The position numbers were made by a program, and so were the translations under genes. Positions 25,481 to 40,522 of a stretch of DNA of 64,000 bases are shown piece by piece (the stretch's first letter is position 1; each line of letters starts with the position of its first letter). The stretch covers positions 75,144,001 to 75,208,000 of the forward strand of contig OX597826.1 of the NCBI GenBank assembly GCA_951406725.2, in the 5' to 3' direction. Source of the stretch: Octopus vulgaris (taxonomy: Eukaryota). Below the pieces are notes generated by a model, which had not been told where the DNA came from, searched no databases, and worked only from the letters and a program-made list of their open reading frames with translations.

Positions 25481-26075
25481 AGAGGGTTGTTGTGACAGGG
25501 GAAGATCATCAAGGAAGGGTCAAATGGGTTAAGGCTTCCATTCAAAATAAGGGGCCGGCTGGAATGAGGACATTCTTTATTGTAAACCCCTTCCTGGTCA
25601 TGAGTAACACGGTGAAATAAAATGATGCGACTAAGGTGATCATCATCATCATCATCATCATCAATACCATCATCATCATCATCATCATCATCATCACCAT
25701 CACAACCACCACCACCATCAACATTATCATTGCTAGCATCGTCTTCATCATTGTCATCATGATAATGATGGTGATGACAGTGAGGACAACAACAACGATG
25801 ACAATGATGAGAATGAAATGGCACTGGTGGTGACGACAGAGGCGGTGGGGTGGCAGCAACAGCTTTGATGACGATGGTGAGAGGGAGGATAACGAGGATG
25901 TTGTAGATGGCCATGCTATTGATGAAATCATTAAAAGACATGATTCCTCATCGATAAAATGGATTTAAATGGGAAGATTTGGGAGCATGTGCATACAGAG
26001 AATTGCTACATAATACATACTACATATATACATACATATATACATACATAATATGTGTGTGTATATATGTGTGTG

Positions 26076-26120
<45 letters not shown>

Positions 26121-26220
26121 GATATATCATCATCATCATCATCATTTAGCGTCCGCTTTCCATGCTAGCATGGGTTGAACGGTCAACTGGGGTCTGGGAA
26201 GCCAGAAGGCTGCACCAGGC

Positions 26221-26316
<96 letters not shown>

Positions 26317-26399
26317 CATGTATGTATGTATGTATGTATTGACATGTACATCTCTGAATATATGTATGTGTGGAACAAGCCCGTTGTAGTTCAGGCTTC

Positions 26400-27240
26400 T
26401 GCCACTAGAAGCCACTTGATGTGATCCTCAGGCATCAGCCTGCTAACTGGCTGTGGTCTGTCAAGTTATACTGCCATGTGGTTTATCTTTGTTTTGCTGT
26501 GCTTCTCCCCTGTTGTGATTTTTTACAATGGCAGAAACAAAGGAACAGCATGCTTTTTTGATATTCTGTTTTCTGCTGAGGAAAACAGCAGCCAAAACAG
26601 TTGTCATGCTTCAAACAGCTTACAAAGAAGCTGCCATGAGCAAAACACAAGTTTACAAGTGGTTTCCATGCTTTAGGAATGGTCACTTGTCACTTGAAGA
26701 CCAACCTTGTTCAAGGTGACCATCAACCTCCTAAATGAATGAAAACATCAGGAAAATTCATGAACTGATCTTGAAGGAACATTGCCAAACAATTGGCAAA
26801 CTTGTTGATATGACTGGTGTATCCTGGGGCTTGTGCTAATGAATTTTGAGTGAGGAATTGCAAATGAAAAGAGTTGCAGCAAAATGTTGTGCCTCACTTG
26901 CTCACGGAAGAACAAAAGCAGTCACGTCTGAATGTGTGTCGTGAATTGAAAGAAGAGTTGCAAGTTGATCTGGACCTTTTTTTCGAAGGTCATCATTGGT
27001 GGTGAAAGCTGGTGCTATGGAATTTGCAAATGTGGAAGATGTGAAGGAAAAAACAATGGAGGCGTTAAAAGGCATCACTTCACAAGAGTTCCAGGACTGC
27101 TTCAAACAGTAGAAAACGCATCTGAACCAATGCATTGCTTCAAATGGCGAATACTTTCAAGGCAATAAAAGTGTAAACAAGTAAAACTAAGTGAATAATA
27201 TAATACTGCAAAATTCCGGTTTCGTTTGGGTACCCCCTCG
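26400..27240 (+). mobile_element. Decayed mariner, 5' TIR not found
   Basis: MAETKEQ...KTQVYKWF..FRNG..SLED; ILSEELQMKRVAAK; IIGGESWCYG; CIASNGEYFQG; right end ...TACCCCCTCG-TA. Confidence 0.85.
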
Positions 27241-27712
27241 TAGATACATGCAGATACACACAGACCCAAGCATATATAAAAAGAGCACTCAACTCATTGA
27301 CCTAAAGAAAATCACCGACAAACTCGAACACACTAAAGCTTTTGCTCCACAGACATGCTGTGTGTCATCCCTCTGCTTTTTCTACCACTACTATTACAGC
27401 TTCTGCTCCTTTCATGTCATCTCCACACACAGGTATTTTTTAGTTACTCATCTTTTCCCATTTCATCAGACATATTGTGACTATCTCTACGGAATTCACT
27501 CCTGCAACTAAATCCAGTCTTTCTGCCCCAGGATGTTGTCCCACTGGAATTTTTTTCTCTCAGAACAAGTTTTTGTTTGCTTCTGCCAATTTTTAACAAT
27601 TCAAGTTGGATGTTGATACTACTGATTGCATGGAAGTCTTTGAGGATCCTCAAAGGTCCTAGACACACCCTTCTTTTCCTTCAAATCAAACCAATAATTG
27701 CACATACATGTG

Positions 27713-27760
<48 letters not shown>

Positions 27761-28404
27761 AGGTATTGGTATCTAGAAGACCCAAAGAGTGTCAGGTAAC
27801 ACCAAGTAAGTGCTAAGTGGTTCAATAATGATACGAGTGAGGGGTCTAATGTGGGTCATGTATTAGCATGCCTATATATATATATATATATTAGACAGAA
27901 TGAGCTAAGACAACCAAGGCTGTGAGGAGTTTTCAGGGCATTTATAAGGAAATAGGACATTTATAAATAAGGACATCTGTAAGGGAACATTATAAAGAAT
28001 TTCCTCATAAATGTCCTGAAAACTCCTCATAGCCTTGCCTTTGTTATCCTATTCTCTCTAATATATATGTGTGTGTGTATGTGTGTGGGTGGGTGTGCAC
28101 ACACACACATACACACACATATATTCTTTTATTGTTACTTGTTTCAGTCATTTGATGGTGGCCATGCTGGAGCACTGCCTTGTTATATATTCACACACAT
28201 CTGTAAAAAGCGCGATCTAGATATATACATGTGTGTGTGTGTGTAGACAAATTAATTTACATTTACATGGAACATAAAAAAATACAGAATAGTAGGGGGA
28301 GAATGCATAGTTTCTTAACTCAACAGCTGTTTCTAGAAGTCCGGGCATATGTATATGTATATATGCATAGTATGTGTGTATGTGTGTGCATGTATATGTT
28401 TATG

Positions 28405-28435
<31 letters not shown>

Positions 28436-28921
28436 CATCATGATCATCATTTAACATCCATGTTCCATTCTGGTATGTGTTGAACTTACAACCCTAAGCA
28501 TAAGTATTACTCAAACCTAAGCCAAGAAACTTTAAAGCATTTCTGCATGTGATATAACTTCAGCCTGACATTAATCCTTGTTTCTCATTGTTTATGATTA
28601 GATTCGGAAACAAATTAAAACCAGATTATATCATTATATTGCAAAAACGGGATTAGCAGAAAGAAATTTTGCTATCTTCGGTTGGTAGGCAGCACTCACT
28701 GACAGACACAGAATATATACATACTACATATACATGCATACATACATATATATATACACACACATACACACACTCACATGTATATATAAAATTATATAAA
28801 ATGTGTTTGCTTGCTTTTATGTATGTGTGTGTGTGTGAGTGTGTGTACGTGTGTGTGTGTGTGTGTACGTGTGTGTGTGTGTACGTGTGTGAGTGTGTAA
28901 ATAAATAGACAGGAAGACAAC

Positions 28922-29150
<229 letters not shown>

Positions 29151-29986
29151 AAACCCAAATAATTCTTCATTTACATGAGAATTTGTTGGATGGTTTTGAT
29201 GAAAAAAATACCTCCCTGGGTCTAATTATGATGAACCCTGTGGAGTAAGTACATGTTTCATGCTTATGTTATGTATATATTATGTGTGTGCATGTACATA
29301 TCACATGCCTCTATGTATATATCTAAGTATGTATGTATGCGTGTATGCATATATGACTGTATGTGAGTGTGTGTGTATGTGTGTGTGTGTGTGTGTGTAT
29401 TATGTAACGACTGGAAAATAGATTATAGTAGATTGCCTTCATCAGCTGTAAATAAAAGATGACAATGATTTTGGCACCATCCGGAAATATCCCCCTTTCC
29501 TACCTCACGTACACGGCATCCCTGATGTTGTTGCATAATATTTCTATATTGCCACCCATAACAAACTATATTATCTCTCATTTTCACCATCTCTCTCCCT
29601 TTCTCCATATTGTAATCTTTTTATCTTGCTCCTTCTATATCTCTCATTTCTTCTTCTCTCTCCATCTCTCCATCTCTCCTTTTCTTTATCTCTCCATCTC
29701 TTTCTGTCTCTCCTTCCGTTCATCTTTCTTTCCTTTCACCTCTCCATCACTTCATCTTTTCAAATCTCTGTCTTTCTATCTCTCCATTTTCCTACTGCCC
29801 AAAGGACTGGCTGTATTTATTCTACCTATGCCAACTATCTCATTTTATGCATACATACATTATATATACATACATACATACATACATACATACATACATA
29901 CATACATACATACAAACATATATGAATACAAACATACAAACATGCATACATACATACACACATACATACGTACATATGTACATACA

Positions 29987-30019
<33 letters not shown>

Positions 30020-30160
30020 GAATACAAACATACAAACATGCATACATACATACATACATACATACATACATAAACAGATATACATACATACATACATACA
30101 TACATACATACATACATACATACATACATACATACATACATACATACATACATACATGCA

Positions 30161-30298
30161 TAGTGAATCCAAACAAAGAAGAACAAATAAGAAAAAACAA
30201 TAATGCGAGGACATTGTATTGTATTATCAGACACTCAGGAAAGGAAGGAAAGAGGATTTAACATTTTGAGCAAAGCTCTTCTTCAGAAATAGAGGATA
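30161..30298 (-). mobile_element. Family D degenerate copy
   Basis: Diverged match; HHR reads CTGAAGA-A-GAGCTTTGCTC-AAAA (GAAA lost). Confidence 0.6.
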
Positions 30299-30515
30299 TA
30301 GGTATATATATCAAAGTATATACATACATATGTTTGTGTGTGTGTATGTGTGTATATGTGTGATACTGAAAGGTGTGTGTGTGTGTAGCACAAAGGAAGA
30401 GGGATTTGGAATCTGAGCAGGTATCATCATCATATCATATGAGTTTATTACTTAATTAATGAAAACGATACTGTAATAAACAAATCTTGAATATATATAA
30501 TTCTTTATGCTGTCT

Positions 30516-30577
<62 letters not shown>

Positions 30578-31352
30578 TAGATAGATAGATAGGTAGATAG
30601 AGAGAGAGAAACAGACAGACAGAGACAGACAAAGAGAGAGAGAGATACATATATATATGCATACATACATATATACATAAAAACATACATAGATGCATAC
30701 ATACATAAACTCACACATACATGCACACACACATACATACATTCATACATACATACATACATTCATACATACATACATATATATACATACATACATACAT
30801 ACATACATACATACATACATGTATACATACATACATATATATACATACATACATATATACATACATACATACATACATACATACATACATACATAAGTAC
30901 ATACATACATTCATACATTCATACATTAATACTTACATACAGGCATACATGCAATTATTATTCTATTAGAGTTAGTTTTCCCAGAGTATGTGGTGCCCCT
31001 GCTCGACAGAGAGTTGAACTCTTGAACTGCGGACTGAGGTGACGTCAAAATAAACTGCTGTGTCCCTGAAGCTCAACAAACAACATACCCTTCAGTGTGA
31101 TATGAACTGGGAAATAGTGAGGCAGATGTGTTCAACAACTTTATCCAAACAGCCATTATTTTTCCCCCTCGGTATTATACAGAGTACATTATACAAGTAC
31201 ATTGAGACCCCCTAATAGGGGGCTAAGTATTAGACTAGACATCAACAGCTCATACCTTTTATCTGGTCCTTGCCTTTGATTTGCCTTCCTTTCAAATATA
31301 CATTAACTGACATAAAACGAAGACATAAATAATACATAGGTGTGTATATACA

Positions 31353-31383
<31 letters not shown>

Positions 31384-31676
31384 TTTATATATAGTGTATA
31401 TAAATTGGACAGTAAAAATATCGGTAGTGTCTGAGCAGCCCCTAATCCTCTAATCCTCTTAACTTGTTCATGTCTGTGATGTAGTGGTGAATACTTTTTT
31501 ATAACCTGGTAGATTGAGTTTATTCTTTGTATGTATGTAAATATATATGTATGTATGTATGTATGTATATATATATATGTGTGTGTGTACGTATGTATGT
31601 ACACTCACATACACCCACACACACACATACACATATGTATGCATGTATGTATGTATGTATGTATATGTGTGTGTGA

Positions 31677-31719
<43 letters not shown>

Positions 31720-31941
31720 CACACACACATATGTATGTATGTAAGTATATGAGTGTCGGTGGTTAGAATGCATGCAGAGAATATGTGTGTGTGTCTATAT
31801 CTAGTGGGTGTATATTGGGGTATGTTTAATACAAGGCGTAAAGTTGTGACAAAAGAATAAAGAATAAAGAGAACATGTGCTAGAATGACAATTCGTACAC
31901 ACACACACACACACACACACGTATAAATGTATGTATATGTA

Positions 31942-31973
<32 letters not shown>

Positions 31974-31981
31974 GATAGATG

Positions 31982-32133
<152 letters not shown>

Positions 32134-32210
32134 TATGCATGTGTGTGTGTTCGAGATACATTGTTGTCAGCCTGTAGGCTTAACTTCGCAAGGTGCTTTC
32201 CATACATATA

Positions 32211-32301
<91 letters not shown>

Positions 32302-32613
32302 TGTACTCCTCAAACCACAGCTTGCACCAGAGTTAAAAGATGCTCCTCCAGTTGGTGTGACATGTACCCTGGTAACAATGTGTGTGTGTGTGTGTGTGTG
32401 TGTAAGGTGGCGAACTGGCAGAACTGTTAGCACGCCGGGCAAAGTGCTTAGTGTCATTTTGTTTGTCTTTGCATTCTGAGTTCAAATTCCACCGAGGTCA
32501 GCTTTGCCTGTCATCCTTTTGCTGCAGGTAAGATAAGTACCAGTCATATACTGGGGGTCGATGTAATCGACTTACCTCAACCCTGAAACTGTTTGTGCCA
32601 AAATTTGAAACTA

Positions 32614-32658
<45 letters not shown>

Positions 32659-33600
32659 TATGTGTGTACACTATACATACCCACACATACATACACACAT
32701 GCATACATACACACACATACACACATGCATATATACATACATGCATACATACATACATACATACACACATACATACATACATACATACATACATACATAC
32801 ATACATACATACATACAAACATACATACATACATACATACATACAAACATACATACATACACACACACAGATATACATACATACATGCATACATACCTAT
32901 AATGATGATATTGATGTATGTGTGTGTATATATGTGTGTGTCTATGTGTGTATGTATATATATATATAAATGCATAGAAAGACACCCACATACACATAAA
33001 CAGAACATAATGAATTCTGTTTGCTAAGCTCAATTCTAAGTTGAACTTTTGGAACATTCCTAGATTTTGGCACCATTGTAGAACGATACAAAAGTCATAC
33101 GTTTGTACCAAGAATTAGCACTTCCAGCATATTTTATATTTTCACCAAATTTACCAAATATAATAACATTGGAATAAAGTATGTTTTGTGCTCAGTTTTG
33201 AGTCAAAGAATAAAGAGAAAATATTTATATTTATTTCCAACTAAAATTAGAACTTCTCTCTTGTAATATTCAAGAATGGTATCATACATTTGGTGATGGA
33301 AGCATTATTGTAAATAACCATAAAAGACATCAGAAAAGATTCATGAAAAAAAATGTAAACTCGCTGAGTTTCAAACCTTGCTTTAGCTTTGTAGTTAAAT
33401 ATAGTTGCTCTAACTATATTGATTAAGAATTGACTATTTTGGTTAAGAATTGACTATTTTGGTTAAGAATTTCTGCTTTTGACATGATCAATTTTTTTTT
33501 AAAAGATGAAAAACTATGTATGAAGTTTCTTAAAGTACAGAAATGGATTTTGAAGATCAAACTACCAGACTTGTACAATCATCAGAGTAAGGTATTTTAA

Positions 33601-33821
33601 CCCTTTAGTGTTTGCATTATTCTGCCAAAATTAATCCTTTTTTATCCACATTGCCTTGAACTAATCAGGCATTATCTTGGAGCTATGAGATTTTGATAAG
33701 GTAGCTGTTAATTTTTAAAACGATATTGTGGGGCTGGTGTGAGAGACCAGATCTGGCCAGTTTGAACATAAAACAGGCAGAATACTTTTGGCCGGATATG
33801 GCCGGTTTAAATGCCAATGGG
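33601..33821. mobile_element. piggyBac-type MITE, second family
   Basis: TTAA-CCCTTTAG...AATGGG-TTAA; related copies at 59851-60073 and a fragment at 53823-53920. Confidence 0.7.
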
Positions 33822-34562
33822 TTAAGATGTTTTTTTCAAAGAATGGAAAGAATGGGGCTGGTTCATGCTGATAAATTAAACAATAACAAGGTATAATATT
33901 TCAATGAAATTCTTACAAATATTCCAGTGTCACTAGAATTGGTCCTCAGCAGATGAAAAGTAAAACTCTGATGTAGACCGAATGGTACTCAAAACTTACT
34001 AACCTTTATGGAAGATCTTTGTAATATTGATAATCCATATAAATCCATTAAAAATCCAGGACTTGTAAAGCCAGGCACCAGTCTGATTTAATCACTATTT
34101 TCGGTGCATTTCTACAGAGCTGCATAATAAAACAACCGCTGTGAATGTTAGTATCCAGAATTTGAGAATGGAGCTGTTTTAAGTTAGTCCAATTAATTCA
34201 ACAGGTAACGACTAATACATGTGTGTAAGTAACGTGCGACAGTAAATCAAACGAACAGACTGTTGCTGCTGCTGCTGTTCTTCGCTCCTCGTCTTGCAGC
34301 AGACTATCGCAGAAAACGGTTGGTTCTGCACACCTGTGGAAGAGGAAGAACTCAGTTCAGGTGTTAAATCATCGGAAACCTTGATAAATTAGTCACCAAA
34401 ACAATTCCCTCGCCGCCACATATAGAGTGGAGAGGAGGGGGGGTTATGTTATATGTGTGTGGCCCTGTTGTAGTTTGATAGCGACTGTTACAGCAGCAGA
34501 CAAGACTTTGTAGTGAATGGAGAGGATGTAAGCGAGAGAGGAAGGAGGCTGGTCGGTCTGTT

Positions 34563-34616
<54 letters not shown>

Positions 34617-34794
34617 GCTGGGTGGTTGGTTGGTTGGCTGAGAGAGAGAGAGAGAGAGAGGGGGAGGAAAAGCTGGATGGAACTGAGAGGATGAGAAAGA
34701 AGGTTGGAGTGGGAGAGAGAAGGAAAGAAGGATCGAAGGTGCTAGAGGAGTGTGAGGAAAAGAATTGATGATGAATAGAAAGGCAGAGGGGGGA

Positions 34795-36110
34795 AAATAG
34801 CAGCAGCAGCAGCAACAATAGCAGTGGTAGCAGTGGTAGTAGTGATAGCAGTAGTAGTGGTGGTGGTGGTGGTGGTGGAGATGATGGTGGTGGTGGTGAT
34901 GGTGGTAGTGGTGATGATGGTGATTGTGGTGGTGGTGGTGGTGGTGGTGGCAGCGGTGACGGTGGAGACGATGGTGATTGTGATAGTGGTGGAGGTGGTG
35001 GTGGTGGTGGTGATGATGGTGATTGTGGTAGTGGTGGTGGTGGTGGTGGTGGTGGTGGTGGTGGTGGCGGTTGATTGTTGAATCTATGAGTAAATTGTTT
35101 TGTTCAAATCAATATTTACTTGATTAATAAGATGTAAAGATGGTGGAGAGAGAGAGAGAGAGAGGGTGAGAGGGTGAGAGAGAGAAAGAGGGAGAGAGAG
35201 AGGGGGAGAGGGAGGTATCGATGGTTAGACAGTGGTAAATACTAATGTATTGATCTATTTAGCAGCACCAACAATAACAACGCAGCAACCAATAATTACT
35301 ATCACACCCACCACCACCACCACCACCACCACCACCACCACCACCACCACCACTGTTACTACTACTACTACTACTACTACAACTATTACAACTGCAATCA
35401 TCAGCACCATCATCATCATCATTGTCATCATCATTATCGTCATCGTCATTGTCATTATCATCATCATCATCATCATCGTCATCATCGTCATCATCATTGT
35501 CATCATCATCATCATCAGCAGCAGCAGCAGCATCATCATCGTCGTCGTCATCATTACTATACAAACCATGACCACTTTGTTGCCGTCAGCACCACAGCCA
35601 CCATCATCATCATCATCGCAACTATCATTGCTACCACCACCACCACCACTGCCATCAGCACATCGTCATCACCACCACCACCACCACCACCACCATCACC
35701 TCTACTAATGTAGCCATTATCACCATTATCATCACCACAGTATGGCGGTGGGGTAAAGTGTGGTGGGTGGGAAGCTGGTGTGGGGGTGGGAGGTAGGGAA
35801 GAGGAGAAAAGGAGCATAAAATAGAGAAGTTGCCCCCTCCACCATCACAACCATTATCACCACCATCACCACACTACCTCAACCACAACATGACCATTGC
35901 CACTGCCTCCTCCACCACTGCCTCCTCCACCACCTCCCCCATCACCACCACCACCACTTCACCACTACCACCACCACTGCCACCACCACCACCACTACCA
36001 CCACTACCACTTCACCACTTCCGCACAATCACCATCACTGCTAATACCATCGCCGCCACCACCACCACCACCACCATCACCTCTACCATCACCGTAACTG
36101 TTACCACCAC
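34795..36110. repeat. Compound trinucleotide region (GGT/GAT then CAC/CAT/TAC)
   Basis: Directly visible; polarity switches at ~35070-35310. Confidence 0.9.
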
Positions 36111-36551
36111 CCTGGCAACTTCTCTGTTTCATGTTCACTTTCTCCTTCTCTTCCCTTCCCCCCACCCCCCCACCAGTTTCTCCACCCCTCAAGCTCTCCC
36201 TCACCCCACCCCGCCCCACCCTCCGTCATATATCGAAAGACTCCATCGTCTCACCTTCTCTGATAAATTCCCCATCTCAGAAGATTTCCTTTTGCCTCAT
36301 CACGAAAGCAAAGAAACGGCAGTTTTTGCAGGATAGTATGTATGTGTGACATCATGTGACGTAGGCTGTGGTGTAACTGCATACATAAGATATCTGCTGT
36401 GACATAATATGACATAATGTGCTTATAGCATATGATATCTTCTGTGATATCATGTGATACTAGATGCTGTGCATAGAACGTTTGGCTGGTGTCTGTGGCT
36501 GAACATGTATACATGTATATATATATATATATATATAAGTATGTATATATA

Positions 36552-36769
36552 TTCAAAATGTGACCGCGTGGGTACCGTTGGCGATTTTTTTTCCTCCGTC
36601 TTCCCTTCTCTGGATCTTTTCTTTTCCTATGTTTCTGACGAAGAGCTCCGCTCGAAACGTAAAACCCTCCTTCTTCCCTTCCTTCCTGAGCGTCCAATAG
36701 CACTATATTTGTTCCACGTCCTCGCGTTGTTATGTTTTCTCTTGGGGTTTTCATGTTTGGATTAACTTT
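36552..36769 (+). mobile_element. Family D copy 3
   Basis: HHR GTTT-CTGACGA-A-GAGCTCCGCTC-GAAAC-GTA-AAAC at 36631-36665. Confidence 0.8.
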
Positions 36770-36898
36770 ATATAAGTAAGTATGTATGTATGTATGTATG
36801 TATGTATGTGTGTATGTATGTATGTATGTATGTATGTATGTATGTATGTATGTATGTATGTATGTATGTATGTATGTATGTATGTATGTATGTATGTA

Positions 36899-36938
<40 letters not shown>

Positions 36939-36980
36939 TGTGTGTGTATATATATATATGCATGTATGTGTGTGTATATA

Positions 36981-37014
<34 letters not shown>

Positions 37015-37018
37015 TATG

Positions 37019-37056
<38 letters not shown>

Positions 37057-38154
37057 AGTACAGATTTATACATATATATATATATAAATATATATATATA
37101 TATGTATGTATGAATGTATGTATGTATATCCAGTGATATTATGGGTAAAGGAATACTGTTTACATGCAAAGATATCTACTTTCACATCCTCATCCTCATC
37201 CTCCTCCTCCTCATCATCATCATCTTCATTACATTGTCGTTGTCGTCATCATCGTCATTGTCATTTTAATGTTTGCTTTCTGTGCTTGCATTGGTTCAAT
37301 GGGATTCGTTGAGGTGGAATTTTCTACGGCCGGATGCCTTTCCTATCACCAACCCTCACCTGCTTCCAAGCAAGGTAATATTCTCCCTCCTCACACCCAC
37401 ACCCACCCTAAAGCCGGACATGTTGATTCACAAGACTTTGGTGGGCCCAGGTCTATGGTAGAAGACACTTAGCCAAGGTACCGTGCAGTGGGATTGAACC
37501 TGAAACCATGGGACTGGGAAGCAAACTTCTTACCACACAGCCATACCTGCACCTATCCGTCCTTATTATGTAATACTCAATTTTAGCACAAGGCCAGCAA
37601 TTGTGGGGGAGGCGGGGGCAAGTCAATAATATTGACCCCAATCTGCAACTGGTATTTATTTTATCAACCCCAAAAGGATGAAAGACAAAAGCAACCCCAG
37701 CCTTTAATCCTTATTATGTAACACCATATAGCAGTCACATGCAGGTACATATGTCCTGGAGGATGGTTATGTGACAGATGTAACAACAGCTGTGACATTA
37801 TGTAACAGAGGATAAAACTACATTACACACGTACACAGTAACAGTTGTGACATGGTGTGTTGTCACACAATATACCTTGACAACTGTAAGATAATGTGAC
37901 ATGAAGTACGTACTGTGATGTAGCATTGAGTGACTGTGTGTAACATAACATGTGACAGAGGATACTGTAACAGTGTGATATTATTATCATTTTTGTAGGG
38001 TGTTTCAGAAGTATTTTATTACATATAGAATGGCTGAGTTTTCAAAGAACACAGAAAACAAAGATATTAAATTAAAGAATAGATATGGTTAAATTAAAGA
38101 ATAGATATGGTTAGAATATAGAAGATAAGATATCTACAAAATATTTAATAAACA

Positions 38155-38527
38155 CTATGGCACTCAGAGAGTGCAAACCTCAGCCAAGGCAACACCAGTG
38201 TCCTCTCAATGATTAGCCGGAGATGATTTTTAAAATGAGAATATCTGAAATAAACTCAACTGCTCTCACAAACAAGAATACTAAAGAAATGAACCCAACC
38301 ACTCTCAAAAATTAAGTTAAAAACAAATAGATAAATAATCTAGAATCCTTCTCCGGTACTGGATCGATCCCAAAATCTAATCGGTTCGTGCCAGTCATGA
38401 GGCCAAACATCCCTGAAAGTTTCATCTGAATCCATCCAGCAGTTCTAGAGATATCTTGTCCATGGACAAACAAACGGACAAACACAACTGAAAACAATAT
38501 TTCTGCCTTCACTAAGGTGGAGGTAAT
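38155..38527. mobile_element. Crypton/HINE-like non-autonomous DNA element
   Basis: GCACTCAGAGAGTGCAAACCTCAGCCAAGG 5' end, (ACAA)-like internal repeats, and a 3' hairpin GCCTTCACTAAGGTGGAGGTAATAA resembling such elements. Confidence 0.45.
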
Positions 38528-38790
38528 AATGATATCATAGCATTTATTACAATATTAATTATAAACTAAATTATTAACTTCTTAATTAGTCACTAAATTA
38601 TTTGTAGAATGTGATGTGAATATAAGAGTTGATACTAATTTTATCAACACTTAAAGAATGAAAGGTAAGATAATTCAGACAGATTTTAAATCAGGACCTA
38701 AAAAATCAAAAGTAAGTATTTGAATGCCTAAGATTTTGTTCTATAATATTTTTACCAACTTCGCCACTATCACAATATGTATATGTGCAA

Positions 38791-39004
38791 AGGCGGCGAG
38801 CTGGCAGAAACGTTAGCATTCCAGGTGAAATTCTTAGTGGAATTTCATGTCTTTACGTTCTGAGTTCAAATTCTGCTAAGGTCAACTTTGCCTTTCATCC
38901 TTTCAGGATCAATAAATTAAATACCAGTGAAACACTGGGGTCGATCTGATCGACTGACCACCTCCCCAAAAATTTCAGGCCTTGTGCCATGAGTAGAAAA
39001 GAAT
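38791..39004 (+). mobile_element. SINE family B, tail type 2
   Basis: Full head, core and tail. Confidence 0.85.
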
Positions 39005-40516
39005 TTCTACTTGGCAATTATCACATTTTAAAATGCCTCAAATTTCTACAGTTTCCTATTTTTCAAAGTCCCTTATATTTACACAGCCACTTAGTTTTAA
39101 GGTACCTTCTATTGACACAGTTATCTGGTATGAAATAAAGGCTTGTGGCTTAGTGGTTAGGGTATTGCACTCACAATCACTAGATCAGGAGTTCAATTCT
39201 CAGAACAAGCAGTGCATTGTATTCTTGAGCAAAACACTTCATTTCACATTGCTCAAGTCTACTCAGATGAAAATTGGTAACTCTGCAATGGAATAGTCTT
39301 CCTGTCAGAGGGCAACGTTGTCCTACTTGCCTAACCTGTGGGGTGACATCAGTTGAGAGCTTTAACAAAGCGCATTGTGACCAGTGATGTATAACAATAC
39401 CCAATAGTCTGGTCGGTAGCATAGTCTAATATTAAAGCACTTTCTGATGACAAATGATAAGCAGTTTTATCCAGTTTTAAAATGCTTTACAGTTACACAA
39501 GCAATGATGTAATTAATTAGAAGTTTATTTCTGCAGATTTTTTTTTGTTAATTAACCTCATTTTTGATAATTACTTTAGCTCCACCCACCACTTATAATC
39601 TCCACCTCTTACCCCCACTCTCCTTCTAACATTTAATGCTGCTTACTATTTAAGACAATCCATCCATGTAATTCATTATGCTTAGTCACAAATAGGGTTC
39701 CAGGAGGATTTAGCTACTGTCTCCACACCCCCTCTTTCCCACCCCACCTCCTCTCTCCCTCTCTCTTTCTCTTTTCTTGAGGAATTCTTGAAGATAGCCA
39801 AAAATAAACAAATAAGATGGAAATACAAACCTCTTCGTCTTGAGCTGTTCTCTTAAATTTTTCTCAGGTGTGGTTACGTGGTAAGAAGTTTGCTTCCCAT
39901 CCACATGGTTCCAGGTTCAATCCCACAGTGTGACACCATGAGCAAGTGTCTTTTTACTATAGCCCCATGCCAACACAGACCTTCTGAGTGAATTTGGTAG
40001 AGGGTAACTGAAAGAAGCCCATCATGTGTGTGTGTGTGTGTGTGTGAAAGTGTGAGAGAGTGTATTTATGACTCCTGGTTTTGATATTGTGATTGTGAGT
40101 CATACAGTGAGCCATACTGTATGACTCTGCAAAAAGATGTCTGGTCATAGAGAAACATTGCCTTACTTGGTGGAAACAGGTGAAGGTTGGTGACAGGAAG
40201 AGCATCCAGCTGTAGAAAAAGACAGGATGGTCATGGTTGGAATGTCTTTGTTCATAAGAGCTCACCTTGAGCTAAACAACAACAGACATTAAAACACTGA
40301 TGATGATGATTATGATGATGATGATGACAACACGAACGGCACCAACAACAATACAGAAAATGAAATCACAGCCAGGACTAAAATCCAGTCGCCTTTAATC
40401 TATAAACTGAAGTCCTGCTCTCTTGCAAAATGCTGCCATCTCGGAACTGAACAACAGAGAAATTTTCTCAAAAAAAAAAAAAAACAACACAAAAACATCA
40501 CACACGTTTTAAAATA

Positions 40517-40522
40517 TTTATT
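40517..40522 (-). terminator. Candidate polyadenylation signal of the CTSO-like gene
   Basis: AATAAA on the minus strand about 600 nt past the stop, followed by a GU/U-rich tract (~40470-40500); other AATAAA copies lie near 40760 and 40911. Confidence 0.45.

Noticed and set aside
34118-34204. Plus-strand exon bounded by TTTCTACAG and CAG|GTAACG
   Set aside because: Stop codons in all three frames and no partner exons.
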